A stretch of 64,000 bases of DNA from a virus. The stretch is from IMG/VR virus record IMGVR_UViG_3300035183_001040, positions 1 through 64,000 of that record. The stretch is one strand, 5' to 3'. A model generated the notes under the pieces. That model saw only the letters and a list, made by a program, of their open reading frames with translations, was not told where the DNA came from and made no database searches. Both the position numbers and the translations under genes were made by a program. Every line of letters begins with the position of its first letter. Positions within the stretch are counted from its first letter, which is position 1. Positions 26,117 to 36,192 of the stretch are shown in pieces.

Positions 26117-26810
26117 CTTCCGCCGAAGCACACTCTAGCAGTTCCTCGTACTCCTCACGCGAGCCCGCGAACGCATCGACGTCGCACAGCCCGTCCACCC
26201 CGGGCCACGTCGCTCCGTTCGCGTCGCCCCCGTGCTGCCACACGTCGGCTCGCGCCCACGGGCGCGGGCAAGTGTACGGTGCCGATGGCCAGTGGTCGTA
26301 CTCGCAATCGCGCCTAAACTCGGATGGGTAGCGTGCAAGCCAGAGCGGCGCCGTGCTCCACGTCGCGTCGAGGTCGAGCTGCGCGGTGAAGGACTGGTAC
26401 GAGTACCAGCCGATCTCACGCCATACCTCACGCATCCGCTCGCGGAACGCCTGACACCACACGCGCCAGAGCGGTCTCTGACCGAGCGCGAGAGGATAGT
26501 TCTGCTCGACGTCGAGCCAGCAAAAGAACCTGCGCATGTGCCGCTGCTCGTGCACGTCGAGAACTTCGAGCACGTGCTTGGCCTCCGCCCTGGCGTCGGC
26601 GATCCAGTCCGGGCCGCTTGGGTGAGCGAAGTGGTAGACCGACACGTGCAGTCCGGCCGATAGAGCTCCAGCGATCTGCTCTCCTGCGAGCGAATTCGTG
26701 AGCGCGCCCCCTTCGGTGAGTTTGACGATCGCGAACTCGGCTCCGGCCTCGCGCACCTCGGCCCACCGGATGCGGCGCTGGTACGAGGAGACGTCGATGC
26801 CGGAGATCAT
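26094..26810 (-). CDS. Endolysin, GH25 muramidase
   Basis: GIDVSSYQ, IVKLTEG, YHFA, LDVE, LWLARY, WQH, CDVD. Confidence 0.92.
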   Translation of the reverse strand: MISGIDVSSYQRRIRWAEVREAGAEFAIVKLTEGGALTNSLAGEQIAGALSAGLHVSVYHFAHPSGPDWIADARAEAKHVLEVLDVHEQRHMRRFFCWLDVEQNYPLALGQRPLWRVWCQAFRERMREVWREIGWYSYQSFTAQLDLDATWSTAPLWLARYPSEFRRDCEYDHWPSAPYTCPRPWARADVWQHGGDANGATWPGVDGLCDVDAFAGSREEYEELLECASAEVSGAQAL

Positions 26811-27496
26811 GCCGGGGTACGTACGCGCCTACCGTACTTAGCCTTGAGCGTGCGCTTCCAGTTGGGCATCACAGCGCCGTAGACCTGCTTCGTGGTCCCC
26901 GCTGGCCCGCCCGCGCGAAGAACCATGTACCCTCCCGGGCTCATGGTGCGTGGATCGGTGAGTTGCCTCATAAAATCGTACGGCCCTTTGCCGTCCGAAA
27001 ACCATCTCGGACCGACGAAGTTGGACACAGCGACGCCGTAGATCTCGTAGGAGTCGCCTTCGACCGGGTCGCAAATCTCCATTGCCACCTCGTGCTCGTA
27101 GTCGAAGTCGGCCCAGAAATTCACGTACGGATCGATAATGGTCTCCAGCACTTCGTGCGAGAGCGTAGCCGAAAGCGACAACGAGCCGTAATACTGAGTC
27201 CCGCCGTTGCCCTTCACGACGCCCCAGCCGATGACCAGTTTCGGCCGGCCGCGCGCGTCGGTCGTGTGGTACGCGAGCGCGTCTGGCGCCTCGGGGATGT
27301 AGTCCTTGACCACGCAGTGGAGGTAGTCGCCCGGTGTGTCCTTCTCGCCTGCGAAAACGCCGATCGACACCGGCTGCACCTCCCACCAGCCGGCGAGGTC
27401 GCGCGCGACCTGCGCATCGAGCGCAGATCCGATGCGTTCGAGAGCGAAGCGCGTGAGCGTCACGTCTGAGGACTCGGAGTAGATGCCGATTTTCAT
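26807..27496 (-). CDS. Zincin-like putative metallopeptidase
   Basis: ALAYH, SHEVLE, EICDPVE, VSNFV.P.WF. Confidence 0.55.
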   Translation of the reverse strand: MKIGIYSESSDVTLTRFALERIGSALDAQVARDLAGWWEVQPVSIGVFAGEKDTPGDYLHCVVKDYIPEAPDALAYHTTDARGRPKLVIGWGVVKGNGGTQYYGSLSLSATLSHEVLETIIDPYVNFWADFDYEHEVAMEICDPVEGDSYEIYGVAVSNFVGPRWFSDGKGPYDFMRQLTDPRTMSPGGYMVLRAGGPAGTTKQVYGAVMPNWKRTLKAKYGRRVRTPA

Positions 27497-27753
27497 GCGA
27501 GCGCCTCGATTCTGCGCGCCAGCTCGCGAAGGTTTGCCAGAGCATCGCTGACCACTTTCAGCTTGGCCGTCTCAATCTTGGCGAGCGAATCTTCCTGGAA
27601 GACCACGTAGATCCACTTGTGCAGAGTTGCAGGCGACCATGCGCAAACCTCCACGCGATCGTCGTCGTGAATCTCTACGAGCAACCGAAACCCGGAGTCG
27701 AACTGCTTGCATCGCTGCACGAGGGCATCGATGGTGTCTGCGGTGTCGGTCAT
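27493..27753 (-). CDS. Hypothetical protein
   Basis: MTDTADT start, coupled to neighbours. Confidence 0.55.
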   Translation of the reverse strand: MTDTADTIDALVQRCKQFDSGFRLLVEIHDDDRVEVCAWSPATLHKWIYVVFQEDSLAKIETAKLKVVSDALANLRELARRIEALA

Positions 27754-28019
27754 TTCCCCGGCCCGTCCGGCGCGCCAGCATCGACCACGATCACGGTGCA
27801 GTTTCGTCGCCGCTCCGCCATCGCCTTGCGCTCCGCGATGAGTTTGAGCACATCGGGTAGCGCCTCGGCGCCGCAAACAAGCGCGATCTCCTCGGCCGGC
27901 ATCCCGACGTGGTCGTCGATGCACTCGATGATCTTGATCGCATCGCCGAGCCCCTCAGCCGTCTTGGCCGGGGTGCACGCGACGAGGGCGAGAGCGAGAG
28001 CAATCGTGCGAGCGGTCAT
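27750..28019 (-). CDS. Small lipoprotein in lysis cassette (possible spanin)
   Basis: MTARTIALALALVA-C lipobox; GGAGG RBS. Confidence 0.6.
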   Translation of the reverse strand: MTARTIALALALVACTPAKTAEGLGDAIKIIECIDDHVGMPAEEIALVCGAEALPDVLKLIAERKAMAERRRNCTVIVVDAGAPDGPGK

Positions 28020-28243
28020 TGCAGGTCCTCCTTCTTGGGTTTGGGTGCTACGTCCTCCTCGGGGTTCGGCGACGGGCTTGCGCCGTACGAAACCGGAGGA
28101 AGGTGCAAGCCGAACAAGCCGAGCACGCCTGCGGCGGCGAGCACGTACGAGCGCCATTCGGGGCGAAGTTGGATGATCGTTGCGGCGGCCGCGCTGAGCA
28201 TCGCGACCAGAAGCTGCCGCCAGTTTTGCTTGAGCCAGGTCAT
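28016..28243 (-). CDS. Holin-like protein
   Basis: 75 aa, two hydrophobic helices, charged tail. Confidence 0.7.
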   Translation of the reverse strand: MTWLKQNWRQLLVAMLSAAAATIIQLRPEWRSYVLAAAGVLGLFGLHLPPVSYGASPSPNPEEDVAPKPKKEDLQ

Positions 28244-28258
28244 GGCGCGAAGCGTACC

Positions 28259-28642
28259 TCAGAACGACAGACCAGCAACGTGAAACTTGCCCTCCGCAAC
28301 GCCGGCGGCGTCCCCAGTCGCAGTCCAGTAGAAGAGCCAGTCGCCCGCAACCGAGACCGGGATGCTCGCGGTGAACCTCCCCGTGCTGTCTTTGACAATC
28401 TGCGGGTCCACGCCGAAGGTGTAGAGCGTGACGACACCGACAGGATCTCGCGTGCGCAAGGTAAGCGTCGCAGGGTCGGTGAGCGTGCCGAAGCGGTCGC
28501 GCGTGACAAGGCAGATGCGCGCGACGTCTCCGACAACGAATCCCGAGGTTGCGTCTGAGCACGCTGCTGTCATCGATGTGCCTGCGTTACCTGCCGTGAC
28601 GAACGCGACCGGGCCTCGCCTGAAGACGGAAGTCTGGAGCAT
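28259..28642 (-). CDS. Ig-like virion-associated protein
   Basis: Beta-rich; DPATLTL...STGRF...AGDWLFYW. Confidence 0.55.
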   Translation of the reverse strand: MLQTSVFRRGPVAFVTAGNAGTSMTAACSDATSGFVVGDVARICLVTRDRFGTLTDPATLTLRTRDPVGVVTLYTFGVDPQIVKDSTGRFTASIPVSVAGDWLFYWTATGDAAGVAEGKFHVAGLSF

Positions 28643-28648
28643 CGAACG

Positions 28649-28897
28649 TCACGTGTCCACTGCTTCCGCCTCGTCGAGTTCGCTCGGCGACGGAGGGCGT
28701 AGTGTTTCGAGCGCGCCGTTCTGCGCCACCTCTTTCAGGCTTCTTGCCGCTTCCTGTAGCTTCCTCGATGCTTGCAGGAGTTTCGCGCACGCAGCATCAT
28801 GCTGCTCGTCTGGCTTGACCTCGGAGGCGGATTTCGGCGGCACCGACTTCGCCGTCTGGTCGAGCGCGGGGAAACTGGAACTTGCCATGGTTCTCAC
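28649..28897 (-). CDS. Hypothetical protein
   Basis: 82 aa, coupled. Confidence 0.5.
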   Translation of the reverse strand: MRTMASSSFPALDQTAKSVPPKSASEVKPDEQHDAACAKLLQASRKLQEAARSLKEVAQNGALETLRPPSPSELDEAEAVDT

Positions 28898-29181
28898 CTC
28901 GTTCGTCTGGTTTGGTACTCAGAGATCAAGACCTGAAGCTTTTCCCTGAGGTCGTTCATAGCCTCTGCTTCCGTTTCCATGGCCTTGGTCATGCTGACGA
29001 GGGCCTCGGTGCACTTGCGCACGTCCGAGAGCCGTGACTCGTGAAGCGCCGCGATGATCGCGTCCTTCGATTCGAGTTTGCGCCAGAGGATGATGACCGT
29101 TAGGCCGAGGAAGATGATGATCGCACCGGCTCCCCCGAGCTTGAGTAGTTCGTTCGCTGCAACGACTGCGGGAGGGTCCAT
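28894..29181 (-). CDS. Single-TM membrane protein with coiled coil (holin/BhlA-like)
   Basis: LGGAGAIIIFLGLTVIILWRK. Confidence 0.6.
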   Translation of the reverse strand: MDPPAVVAANELLKLGGAGAIIIFLGLTVIILWRKLESKDAIIAALHESRLSDVRKCTEALVSMTKAMETEAEAMNDLREKLQVLISEYQTRRTR

Positions 29182-29189
29182 GGGTAGGG

Positions 29190-29600
29190 CTAAGGCAGCT
29201 GTACTGCGGGTTCGATGATGAAGGGGCTGATTGGTATGACGGCGTCTCGTTTACCTGACTGCGTGAGCCACACGTCGTACACGTAGACGGCGGGCGGAAT
29301 GTTGGTCGAGAGCGTATCGGATGGCGTGAACGTGAACTCCCCGATTCCGTCCGCTGCTGCCGTAAGCGTTGCCGTTTTGGCGATCAGGGGCGGAACGTCG
29401 CCCGACTTTCGCTTCACCTGCAGAGCAAGGCTTGCTGCTCCCGTCCGCAGGTCTGCCTTGGTGCCGTTTGCGTGAAACACCTGCACACGGATCGTAACGT
29501 CGGCACCTTTCTGGACGCGGACTGCCTTGCGTGGATTCTGCGGCAAGAAGTCCGCCCGTATCGCACCGTCTTCCAGTACTCCGACGAGGTAAATCAGCAT
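29190..29600 (-). CDS. BppU N-terminal-like Ig-fold protein
   Basis: KGADVTI...DL...GEFTFTPSDT...YVYDV. Confidence 0.6.
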   Translation of the reverse strand: MLIYLVGVLEDGAIRADFLPQNPRKAVRVQKGADVTIRVQVFHANGTKADLRTGAASLALQVKRKSGDVPPLIAKTATLTAAADGIGEFTFTPSDTLSTNIPPAVYVYDVWLTQSGKRDAVIPISPFIIEPAVQLP

Positions 29601-29607
29601 CCTTCCC

Positions 29608-30363
29608 TCAATAGTGCCCGTATCGAGAGCGAAGATATTGCTCGCACTGTTGGTTCTTCGACGAGTCGACCCCAGTCACCATAAGAAACTCCGCGACCTT
29701 GTTTCCTGCGTTACTTGACCCGCTGAAGTTTGCTCCGAGTACGGTAAAGGTATTGCTCTGCAAGGTCCCAGGGTCGTTTGCGATTACGCTCACTGTGAAC
29801 TCGTTCGGCCCGTTGTTCAGAAACCCTTTGTGCCCTACATGGGTACCGTCAAACTCGACGCGCAGAGTCTTTACCCCGGAGAATACCCCCCACGTTGGGT
29901 TTGTATGGTTCCAATTGCTGTGCCCCGTACCGCCTCGCATGTCCACATGCGTCGACGAAGAGACAATGTTCGTGTCCCCGCGTAGGTAATCCCTGCCATT
30001 GCCGCGCATCCAAAAGTAGCTTCCCGCGGTCGTCAATCCGGTGCACACTTCGAAGACTGTATATGCCCCATCCCCGAGGTAATTCCCGGTGTGCAACCAG
30101 TCATTCACGCCGTCGAACTGCAGCGATGGCTTGCCGCCAAACGCAGGATCCGAAGCGATGTAGAGGGGCTGTTGCGACGCGGTCGCGTTCACCAGATTCC
30201 GCGCAGGGTCGTTGTTTCCGCTTTGGTCTACCCACTGCGCTACGGTGCCTCCGTTGAGCACGATGCCGAGGTCGGACCGATACCAAACCTGTAGCGCTGA
30301 ACCGAAGATTGCGATCGGGTCCGACACCGGAACAGCGGCCATTCCAATGAGCCGACCGAACAT
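29608..30363 (-). CDS. LamG/concanavalin-like receptor-binding or tail protein
   Basis: WYRSDLG...WVDQSGN...QPLY...GGKPSLQFDGVNDWL...YLRSRYG. Confidence 0.65.
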   Translation of the reverse strand: MFGRLIGMAAVPVSDPIAIFGSALQVWYRSDLGIVLNGGTVAQWVDQSGNNDPARNLVNATASQQPLYIASDPAFGGKPSLQFDGVNDWLHTGNYLGDGAYTVFEVCTGLTTAGSYFWMRGNGRDYLRGDTNIVSSSTHVDMRGGTGHSNWNHTNPTWGVFSGVKTLRVEFDGTHVGHKGFLNNGPNEFTVSVIANDPGTLQSNTFTVLGANFSGSSNAGNKVAEFLMVTGVDSSKNQQCEQYLRSRYGHY

Positions 30364-31211
30364 TACGGAGCCACCTCCACGATCTGAATCACGCCGAACC
30401 ACTGGATCGTCGTCGCGGCCTTGCCGGTCACGCGCACGCGCCCCGTCGTGCCGTTGTTGTCGATCGTGCAATCCCACGCCGGATCGTCCTCGTCCGTTTC
30501 GATATTGACGAGCGCTCCGGGGACTGGGCCGAGCGTACCGTACCTGAATCGCCGCTTGAGCTTGTAGCTCGCGCCTTGTGAGGCGTCGCTCTTGATCGCG
30601 GTGACGAGCGCATCGACGACCGTCTGCCCGGGTGAGAGCGTCCACGTGAAGAGGTCTGTCACGGTCGCGTCAACCGTCTGCACGTTGCGGTTGCGCGTGC
30701 GCACCGTGCCTTTCGCGTTGCCGACGTAGTCGAAGTCGTTGGCGGAGACCTGTACGAGCCCACCGTTTACCGCAGGAAACGCGCCGGTCAGAAACGAAAT
30801 CTCGTTCAGCCAGCTTTCCATGAACGGCGCCCAGCCGCGCGTCTGCCCGTTGATGTTCAGTTCCCCGGCCGCTGCGTCGAAGGGTGGGATGATGCGGTTG
30901 AAGACGTCCCGAACGAGCGCGCAGCGGACGTCCACCGACGTGTTGCCGTTCGCGTCTGTCGTGGTCAGCCGCACGCGGTACCCATACGGCTTGTCCGGCG
31001 TGAAGGTGACCGATTGCGTTGTGCCCATCACCCCTGTCGGCACGGAGGAGCCGGGGGGCACGTCGAGCATCTCCCAGAGCCAGGTGACGGTTGCGGGCGG
31101 TCCGACGTTGTCCGTGTTCTTGCACGTGATGGGAACGTTCAGCGTTGCGTCGATTGCCCTTCCTCCCGGCGGGAGGTTGGCACCTTGCTCGAACTTGATG
31201 AGCGCGCTCAT
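30363..31211 (-). CDS. Tail fibre-associated protein with PKD/Ig-like domain
   Basis: WLWEMLDVPPGS, TFTPDKPYGYRVRLT. Confidence 0.6.
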   Translation of the reverse strand: MSALIKFEQGANLPPGGRAIDATLNVPITCKNTDNVGPPATVTWLWEMLDVPPGSSVPTGVMGTTQSVTFTPDKPYGYRVRLTTTDANGNTSVDVRCALVRDVFNRIIPPFDAAAGELNINGQTRGWAPFMESWLNEISFLTGAFPAVNGGLVQVSANDFDYVGNAKGTVRTRNRNVQTVDATVTDLFTWTLSPGQTVVDALVTAIKSDASQGASYKLKRRFRYGTLGPVPGALVNIETDEDDPAWDCTIDNNGTTGRVRVTGKAATTIQWFGVIQIVEVAP

Positions 31212-31215
31212 AGAC

Positions 31216-32835
31216 CTACTCCGCCCTGCCGAAGTCCCATCCGTGGATCTGCATCGTGGTGCTCGCCGGCACACCGAGACCGCTCGACCAGGTCAAAACG
31301 ATGTCCCGAGTCGCAGGAGAGGAGTTCGGATAGTCGGGGACGATCGGAATCCGCGCCGTGAACCCCCAGAATGGCGTCATGGGAGCCGCAGTTGGGTTGG
31401 CAAGGGTTGTGACGTGGACGATCTGCGAGCCGACTGTGTTTCCGGAAGCGTCCTTCACGGAAAGCACCACGGTGTTGGTCACCGCGCTGTTTGCAGGCAG
31501 AGAACCCGCAGCCTCCGTTATTGAAATCGTCGCCAGAATGGCTTTCGCGCCTGCCGGAACGCGCACGTTGTCCGAGAGCGTGAACGTAGCCGTGCTCACA
31601 CCGACAGAGGATGCGTTGAACGCCGGAGGTCCTATCTGGCTCAGTTGCATACTGCCGTCGATCGTGAGCGCCTGCGGCACGCCAGCGCCGTTCGTCCTGC
31701 CGCACGCGATGAGCACGGCGGAAAAGTTTGGTATGATGCCCGGGTCGAGCCCGCACGACGCAGGCAGGTTGATCGCAGCAGATGGCGTGCCGTCCCTGTT
31801 CGGGGGCACGCTTGTGTAAACAGGAATCCCGCGCGGAGACCTTGGAAATCGCGGCTGCCCCGGGGCCCAGTAACGCGCCCACCGCGGAAGGCCGTTTGGC
31901 GTAACGAGGTAGACGTAGTAGAACGCGTTGCCACCAGGAACCTGGCCCGTCGCCTGATTGTCTGCGGCTCGAAGGTCGATTTGGTCTGCGTCCGCAGCCG
32001 CGCCTCCTGGCCGCAGACGCCCGCCGAGCCGTCTGCCTCCTGAAACATGCACGCCGGTCACATCGAAGTCGCCCGACAGGAAGGTGTTCGTAGGGGACAC
32101 GAACGCATGCCCGAACGCACGCACACCCTTCGACCAGAACCTCTTGATGTTGAACGGCGGGTGAATGCGGTCGGTTAGAAGCGGTCGCACATCCCAGAAA
32201 ATGGCGTCATCGGTCGTCGTTCCGCCGGCTTTCATCGAGGCGACGGCGAGCGGGAGCCATCCTTGCGCGACTCCGACGCTCGCAAACCCACCGCCCACTG
32301 TTCCAGTCCGCACGCGGTAACTGAGGCGACCTTCGCGCGCCTTGGTCACGAGCGCCGCGCTGAACGTTCCGGTGACCGGGTTGAAGATGTCGCGGTTGTC
32401 GGTCTCCGTCGTCGTTTCGGACCACGAGCACTCGATGACGGAAATCACGGGCGCCGCACCGCCGTTCGGCGGGATAGTCAGCGTTCCGATGGTACTGACT
32501 CCAGGGTCGTCGACGAACTTGTAGTCCGAGTCGTCCACGCCGCCGTCTGGGTTGAGGAACATGGCCCGCCCGGGGCTAACCAGGACGCTGGAAGATGCGG
32601 GCTGGGGCTGCACCATAAGCCCGTCCAGAATCTCGGCCGAGACGGGCGTGCTGAGGCCCGTGTTAGGAATGGCGACGGCTGCAGCGTCGATGTCGTCGTA
32701 TGCGTGAAACGTGTTGAAGAGCGCGCGAAGAAACTCCGCATCCATCTTGTCGCGGAAGTTCTGCTGCCTGTTGTGGTCCGCGCTGATGATTCGCTCCTCG
32801 TTGTTGAACACCAGCCGTTTCTTACCGCTCGACAT
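31216..32835 (-). CDS. Tail fibre/baseplate protein
   Basis: 539 aa after baseplate genes; GLMV...VLVSPGRA, WLPLA, WDVRP fibre-anchor-like motifs. Confidence 0.65.
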   Translation of the reverse strand: MSSGKKRLVFNNEERIISADHNRQQNFRDKMDAEFLRALFNTFHAYDDIDAAAVAIPNTGLSTPVSAEILDGLMVQPQPASSSVLVSPGRAMFLNPDGGVDDSDYKFVDDPGVSTIGTLTIPPNGGAAPVISVIECSWSETTTETDNRDIFNPVTGTFSAALVTKAREGRLSYRVRTGTVGGGFASVGVAQGWLPLAVASMKAGGTTTDDAIFWDVRPLLTDRIHPPFNIKRFWSKGVRAFGHAFVSPTNTFLSGDFDVTGVHVSGGRRLGGRLRPGGAAADADQIDLRAADNQATGQVPGGNAFYYVYLVTPNGLPRWARYWAPGQPRFPRSPRGIPVYTSVPPNRDGTPSAAINLPASCGLDPGIIPNFSAVLIACGRTNGAGVPQALTIDGSMQLSQIGPPAFNASSVGVSTATFTLSDNVRVPAGAKAILATISITEAAGSLPANSAVTNTVVLSVKDASGNTVGSQIVHVTTLANPTAAPMTPFWGFTARIPIVPDYPNSSPATRDIVLTWSSGLGVPASTTMQIHGWDFGRAE

Positions 32836-32852
32836 GTCTCACCTCTGGTTTA

Positions 32853-34223
32853 TCACGGGCACCCGATGTCCTCAAAGTACAGGTCGAAGCCGACGCCAGC
32901 TGCCTTGATTGCCGAAACCTGTGAGAACACGGACGCGTAGAATTTGCTTGCGGCGCTCGCGAACCCATCCATGAAGTTCGGGTACTTGGAGTTCTGGGTG
33001 TCGTAGGCGTTGAAAGGATGCGTGTCGTAGCAGACGCCGAACTCTCCATCGCTGAGGCGTGGCACACCTATCAGGAAGAACCCGCGGAACGATGCGTAGT
33101 CGAACTGAAGTCGGAACCTGCGCGGGTTGATCACGGACGCGGTCGAAACGACGGATGTCGGGTCGAACCGCGCTCCCGATTGCGTACCGACCACGCTGTA
33201 TCCCGCACCTGCCTTCTTTTGGCTGCCGGAGTTCTTCGGGACGAAGAAGAGCCGAGTGTTCGCGTTCTGCAACTGCCCGAAGTACCCGATGCCGATGGTA
33301 AGGTTCTGCGGGTCACGAAGCTCGATGACCTCTCCGCTCAGGAACCCCGGCACAACGAGTGCGCCGTCGAAGACGATGACGTTCTCGTCGTAGAAGTCGC
33401 TCAAGGGAACTGCAGCAGGTGACCCCGACACCCTGTCGCCGTCGTAGAAGGCGCCACGGAGAAGAAGCGAGCCGACTTCGCGGAAGCAGAAGGTGTTGAC
33501 GCCTCCGATCGAGTTGAGCAGGCGGATGATGGCTCCAGGGCTTACGACATCGGGGAGGCTCCGGATCTTGAAGCGGTAGAGATCGATGGGTTCGCCTGCG
33601 TACTCGATGCCGCGGTCGTGGCCGAGCGATTCGAGCATCGCACTTCGCCCGCCCGTTGTCGGCGACGGTTGCGAAACGACAAAACTCGTGTCGGCGAAGA
33701 CCGGTACGGTGACGAGTTTGCTGAACTGGTTGATTTCGCCTGGCAGCACCTCGCCGTTTGCTGCGGTGACTTGCCCAGGAACGTTGTACTCGAACCCCGT
33801 CGCGACCGCCGTTACAGAGACCGTGTGCGGACCGAGGTCCGCAGCACCGAACGCAACGTCCTGGTCGAGTTGGAACTCGCGGCCGTCGCTTGTCGAAACG
33901 AGCGAGCCTGCGGAAATCGTAACCGCCCCTGCGGCAGCCGTCGGGCGGGTAATTGAGATGGTACCTTTCGCCTTCGCCCCGAGCAAGGAGAAGACGATGA
34001 TCGAGTCGCAGTCGAGCTCGGAGGCTGCGGACGAGATCCGCTCGCCCATCTTGCTCATGGCCTGGAAGAGCTCGTAACCGCTGTTCGGCGTGGTCTTGAG
34101 CGGGAGCAGGTATCCCAAGGGATAGGAGCGGTCGAAAAGGCGCAGGAAGTACGCCTGGTCGAGCGAGGTGCAGTCACTCGGCTCGACGCCGCCTGAAATC
34201 GGGTACTGGGTCGGTTCGGTCAC
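32853..34223 (-). CDS. Baseplate wedge protein with second J-like domain
   Basis: AKGTISITR...ISAGSLVSTSDGREF...VTAVATGFEYNV...TGGR. Confidence 0.7.
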   Translation of the reverse strand: MTEPTQYPISGGVEPSDCTSLDQAYFLRLFDRSYPLGYLLPLKTTPNSGYELFQAMSKMGERISSAASELDCDSIIVFSLLGAKAKGTISITRPTAAAGAVTISAGSLVSTSDGREFQLDQDVAFGAADLGPHTVSVTAVATGFEYNVPGQVTAANGEVLPGEINQFSKLVTVPVFADTSFVVSQPSPTTGGRSAMLESLGHDRGIEYAGEPIDLYRFKIRSLPDVVSPGAIIRLLNSIGGVNTFCFREVGSLLLRGAFYDGDRVSGSPAAVPLSDFYDENVIVFDGALVVPGFLSGEVIELRDPQNLTIGIGYFGQLQNANTRLFFVPKNSGSQKKAGAGYSVVGTQSGARFDPTSVVSTASVINPRRFRLQFDYASFRGFFLIGVPRLSDGEFGVCYDTHPFNAYDTQNSKYPNFMDGFASAASKFYASVFSQVSAIKAAGVGFDLYFEDIGCP

Positions 34224-35374
34224 GTTCCGCTCACAACGACAAGACTGAGGGAGGTACGGAAGACCTGAAGCGTCTCGGCAACGACGTCTCCGGCAGGTGC
34301 CAGAATCTCGTTGCCTGTAAGGTGCAGGCCGACGATGGGCTCCAGCGCAGCTTGCGCATCCGCGCGCACGAACTTTTGCCCAGGGCTGAGTCCGTTGACG
34401 TAGCCGATGATCGCCGAGCGCGCTGCGAGAGCTACAGCGGCCGTGTCCACGCCGGAAAGGAACGTCAAGCCGAGCGAGACACCGAGCAGAACGACCTGAG
34501 CCACGACGACATTGACGTAGATGCCCGCGGCGCGCACGTCCGTGAGCGCCGAGCTGATATCGCCGGCAAGAACCTGGCTTTGGGCTTGGTACGAAGGCGG
34601 GGTAGGAGAGACGGAAACGAGCACGTCGGTGAAGGCGTCGGCGACGACAAGTTCGACGAATCGCGCAGGCCGCCCGCCAGAGTCAATCGCCTCGAAGGCC
34701 GTGGCGCGCCTGACTCCCGGCACCGCGAGCGCTCCTTGCTCGATTGCGCGAAGAGTGCCGCGCCGCGCAGTCGTGAAGAACAGCCGCGCGCGGTTGCGCA
34801 GGTCCTCGTCCGACTCCTCGTTGTCCGCGCCCGCCGATGCGAGTGCATTGGTGACTTTCAGGTCGGGCGGAGACCCCAAAGGGACATCAACGATGCTGGT
34901 GATGGTGTTCGCCGCAACCTGCTGGTCCAAGCCAGCCTTGACAGACCGAACCGGGACCGGAGCGATACTTGTCGCGCCGCCGGGGTAGTTCGCCGCGGCG
35001 ACTGTTTGCCACATCCTGCCGTCTACGGTTTGAAGGCGCGTGCCTACGGGAATCGAGAAGGGGCCGGGCGCCGGAGAAGCGGTGTAGAAGGTCACGCTGG
35101 TTTGCGCGACGGAGGCAGGCTTGCGCGTGAGGCCGTAGCGGTCGAAAACGAGACGGTCGAGTTTGCGGCCTTGCGCTGAGTCGAGGAACAGGCTTGCCTC
35201 GATTGCGATAAGCTGCCCTGTCACCTCGTCGCCTACGGCAGCGATGCCGCTCGTGATGGCGTTGGCGTCGCTCCCTTCGCGCTCGATGATGGTGCGAGAC
35301 AGGTTCGAGTTTCGTACCATCATTTCGTCGCGTGCGATGCGGAAGTGGTCTCGGAAGGTGGGAAAGTCGGCCAT
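34220..35374 (-). CDS. Baseplate J/gp47-family protein
   Basis: SAQGRKLDR...GLTRKPA, IPVGT, GADNEESDEDLRNR, AVPGV. Confidence 0.9.
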   Translation of the reverse strand: MADFPTFRDHFRIARDEMMVRNSNLSRTIIEREGSDANAITSGIAAVGDEVTGQLIAIEASLFLDSAQGRKLDRLVFDRYGLTRKPASVAQTSVTFYTASPAPGPFSIPVGTRLQTVDGRMWQTVAAANYPGGATSIAPVPVRSVKAGLDQQVAANTITSIVDVPLGSPPDLKVTNALASAGADNEESDEDLRNRARLFFTTARRGTLRAIEQGALAVPGVRRATAFEAIDSGGRPARFVELVVADAFTDVLVSVSPTPPSYQAQSQVLAGDISSALTDVRAAGIYVNVVVAQVVLLGVSLGLTFLSGVDTAAVALAARSAIIGYVNGLSPGQKFVRADAQAALEPIVGLHLTGNEILAPAGDVVAETLQVFRTSLSLVVVSGT

Positions 35375-35388
35375 GGCAGTGCCTCAAA

Positions 35389-36192
35389 TCATAGCTGCAC
35401 GAAGGTGGTAGGAACGGGGATTGAAATCTGCACCTGTCCGTTCGTACGCGCGAGCGTCGCGCGCACCTCGACAGTAAGCACACCGTTCGAGCCGAGAGAG
35501 AGCTGCACGTCGACGGTTCCGAATTCTGGCTCTTGCTGAAGCTGCCGGATTGCTTCGGCGCGCAGAAGGTTCAGGTCGGCGACGCGCAAGGGTTCCTTCA
35601 CCCGCAGGCCAAGGCCGTAGGACGGGTCGAGGAAGAAGAACTCGTTTGGGGCCGTGGTGAGGCGGCGGATGACAAGCTTGCGAAGCAGGCTCATGCCGGA
35701 CTCGGTCGCGTAGTCGCCGCCTGGCAACACGCGCAGCGTTGCCGCGAAAGAATCGGGCGCGGTCTGGATGCTCGCGAGGTCCACGAGTCCTCCTTCCACC
35801 TCGGCCGGAACGGAGGCTTCGCAGCCGTCGAAGTCTGCATGGTCGGGAGATGTGATGAGGTTGCCGTTGGGGTCGACGAGCGTAGGGGCGGAGACGCGGT
35901 GCTTGATGAGCGCGGCGGCGAACTTCTTCAGCGTGTAGAGCTGAAACACGGTGCCGAGCGTGACTGGAAGAACGCCTAGAACCGTGAGTTCAGCGCCCGT
36001 ATCCAGCCTCTGCACGTGCCAGGTGCGCGGGTTGAGCGCGTCGCCTTGGCCAATCGTGGACAGGGCGCGCGGAGGCTTGGAGAGCTCGACGAGCACCACC
36101 CGGTCGCCGATGGCGATGGCCTGAACAACGTAGAGCGTCGCGGCCATCCCTCCGCCCCAAAGCGATCCCCAGCTGTTGCCGCCCCAACCCAT
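35389..36192 (-). CDS. Baseplate protein with C-terminal gp25/W-like domain
   Basis: GDYATESG...RRLTTAPNEF..DPSYGLGL...LQQEP. Confidence 0.7.
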   Translation of the reverse strand: MGWGGNSWGSLWGGGMAATLYVVQAIAIGDRVVLVELSKPPRALSTIGQGDALNPRTWHVQRLDTGAELTVLGVLPVTLGTVFQLYTLKKFAAALIKHRVSAPTLVDPNGNLITSPDHADFDGCEASVPAEVEGGLVDLASIQTAPDSFAATLRVLPGGDYATESGMSLLRKLVIRRLTTAPNEFFFLDPSYGLGLRVKEPLRVADLNLLRAEAIRQLQQEPEFGTVDVQLSLGSNGVLTVEVRATLARTNGQVQISIPVPTTFVQL

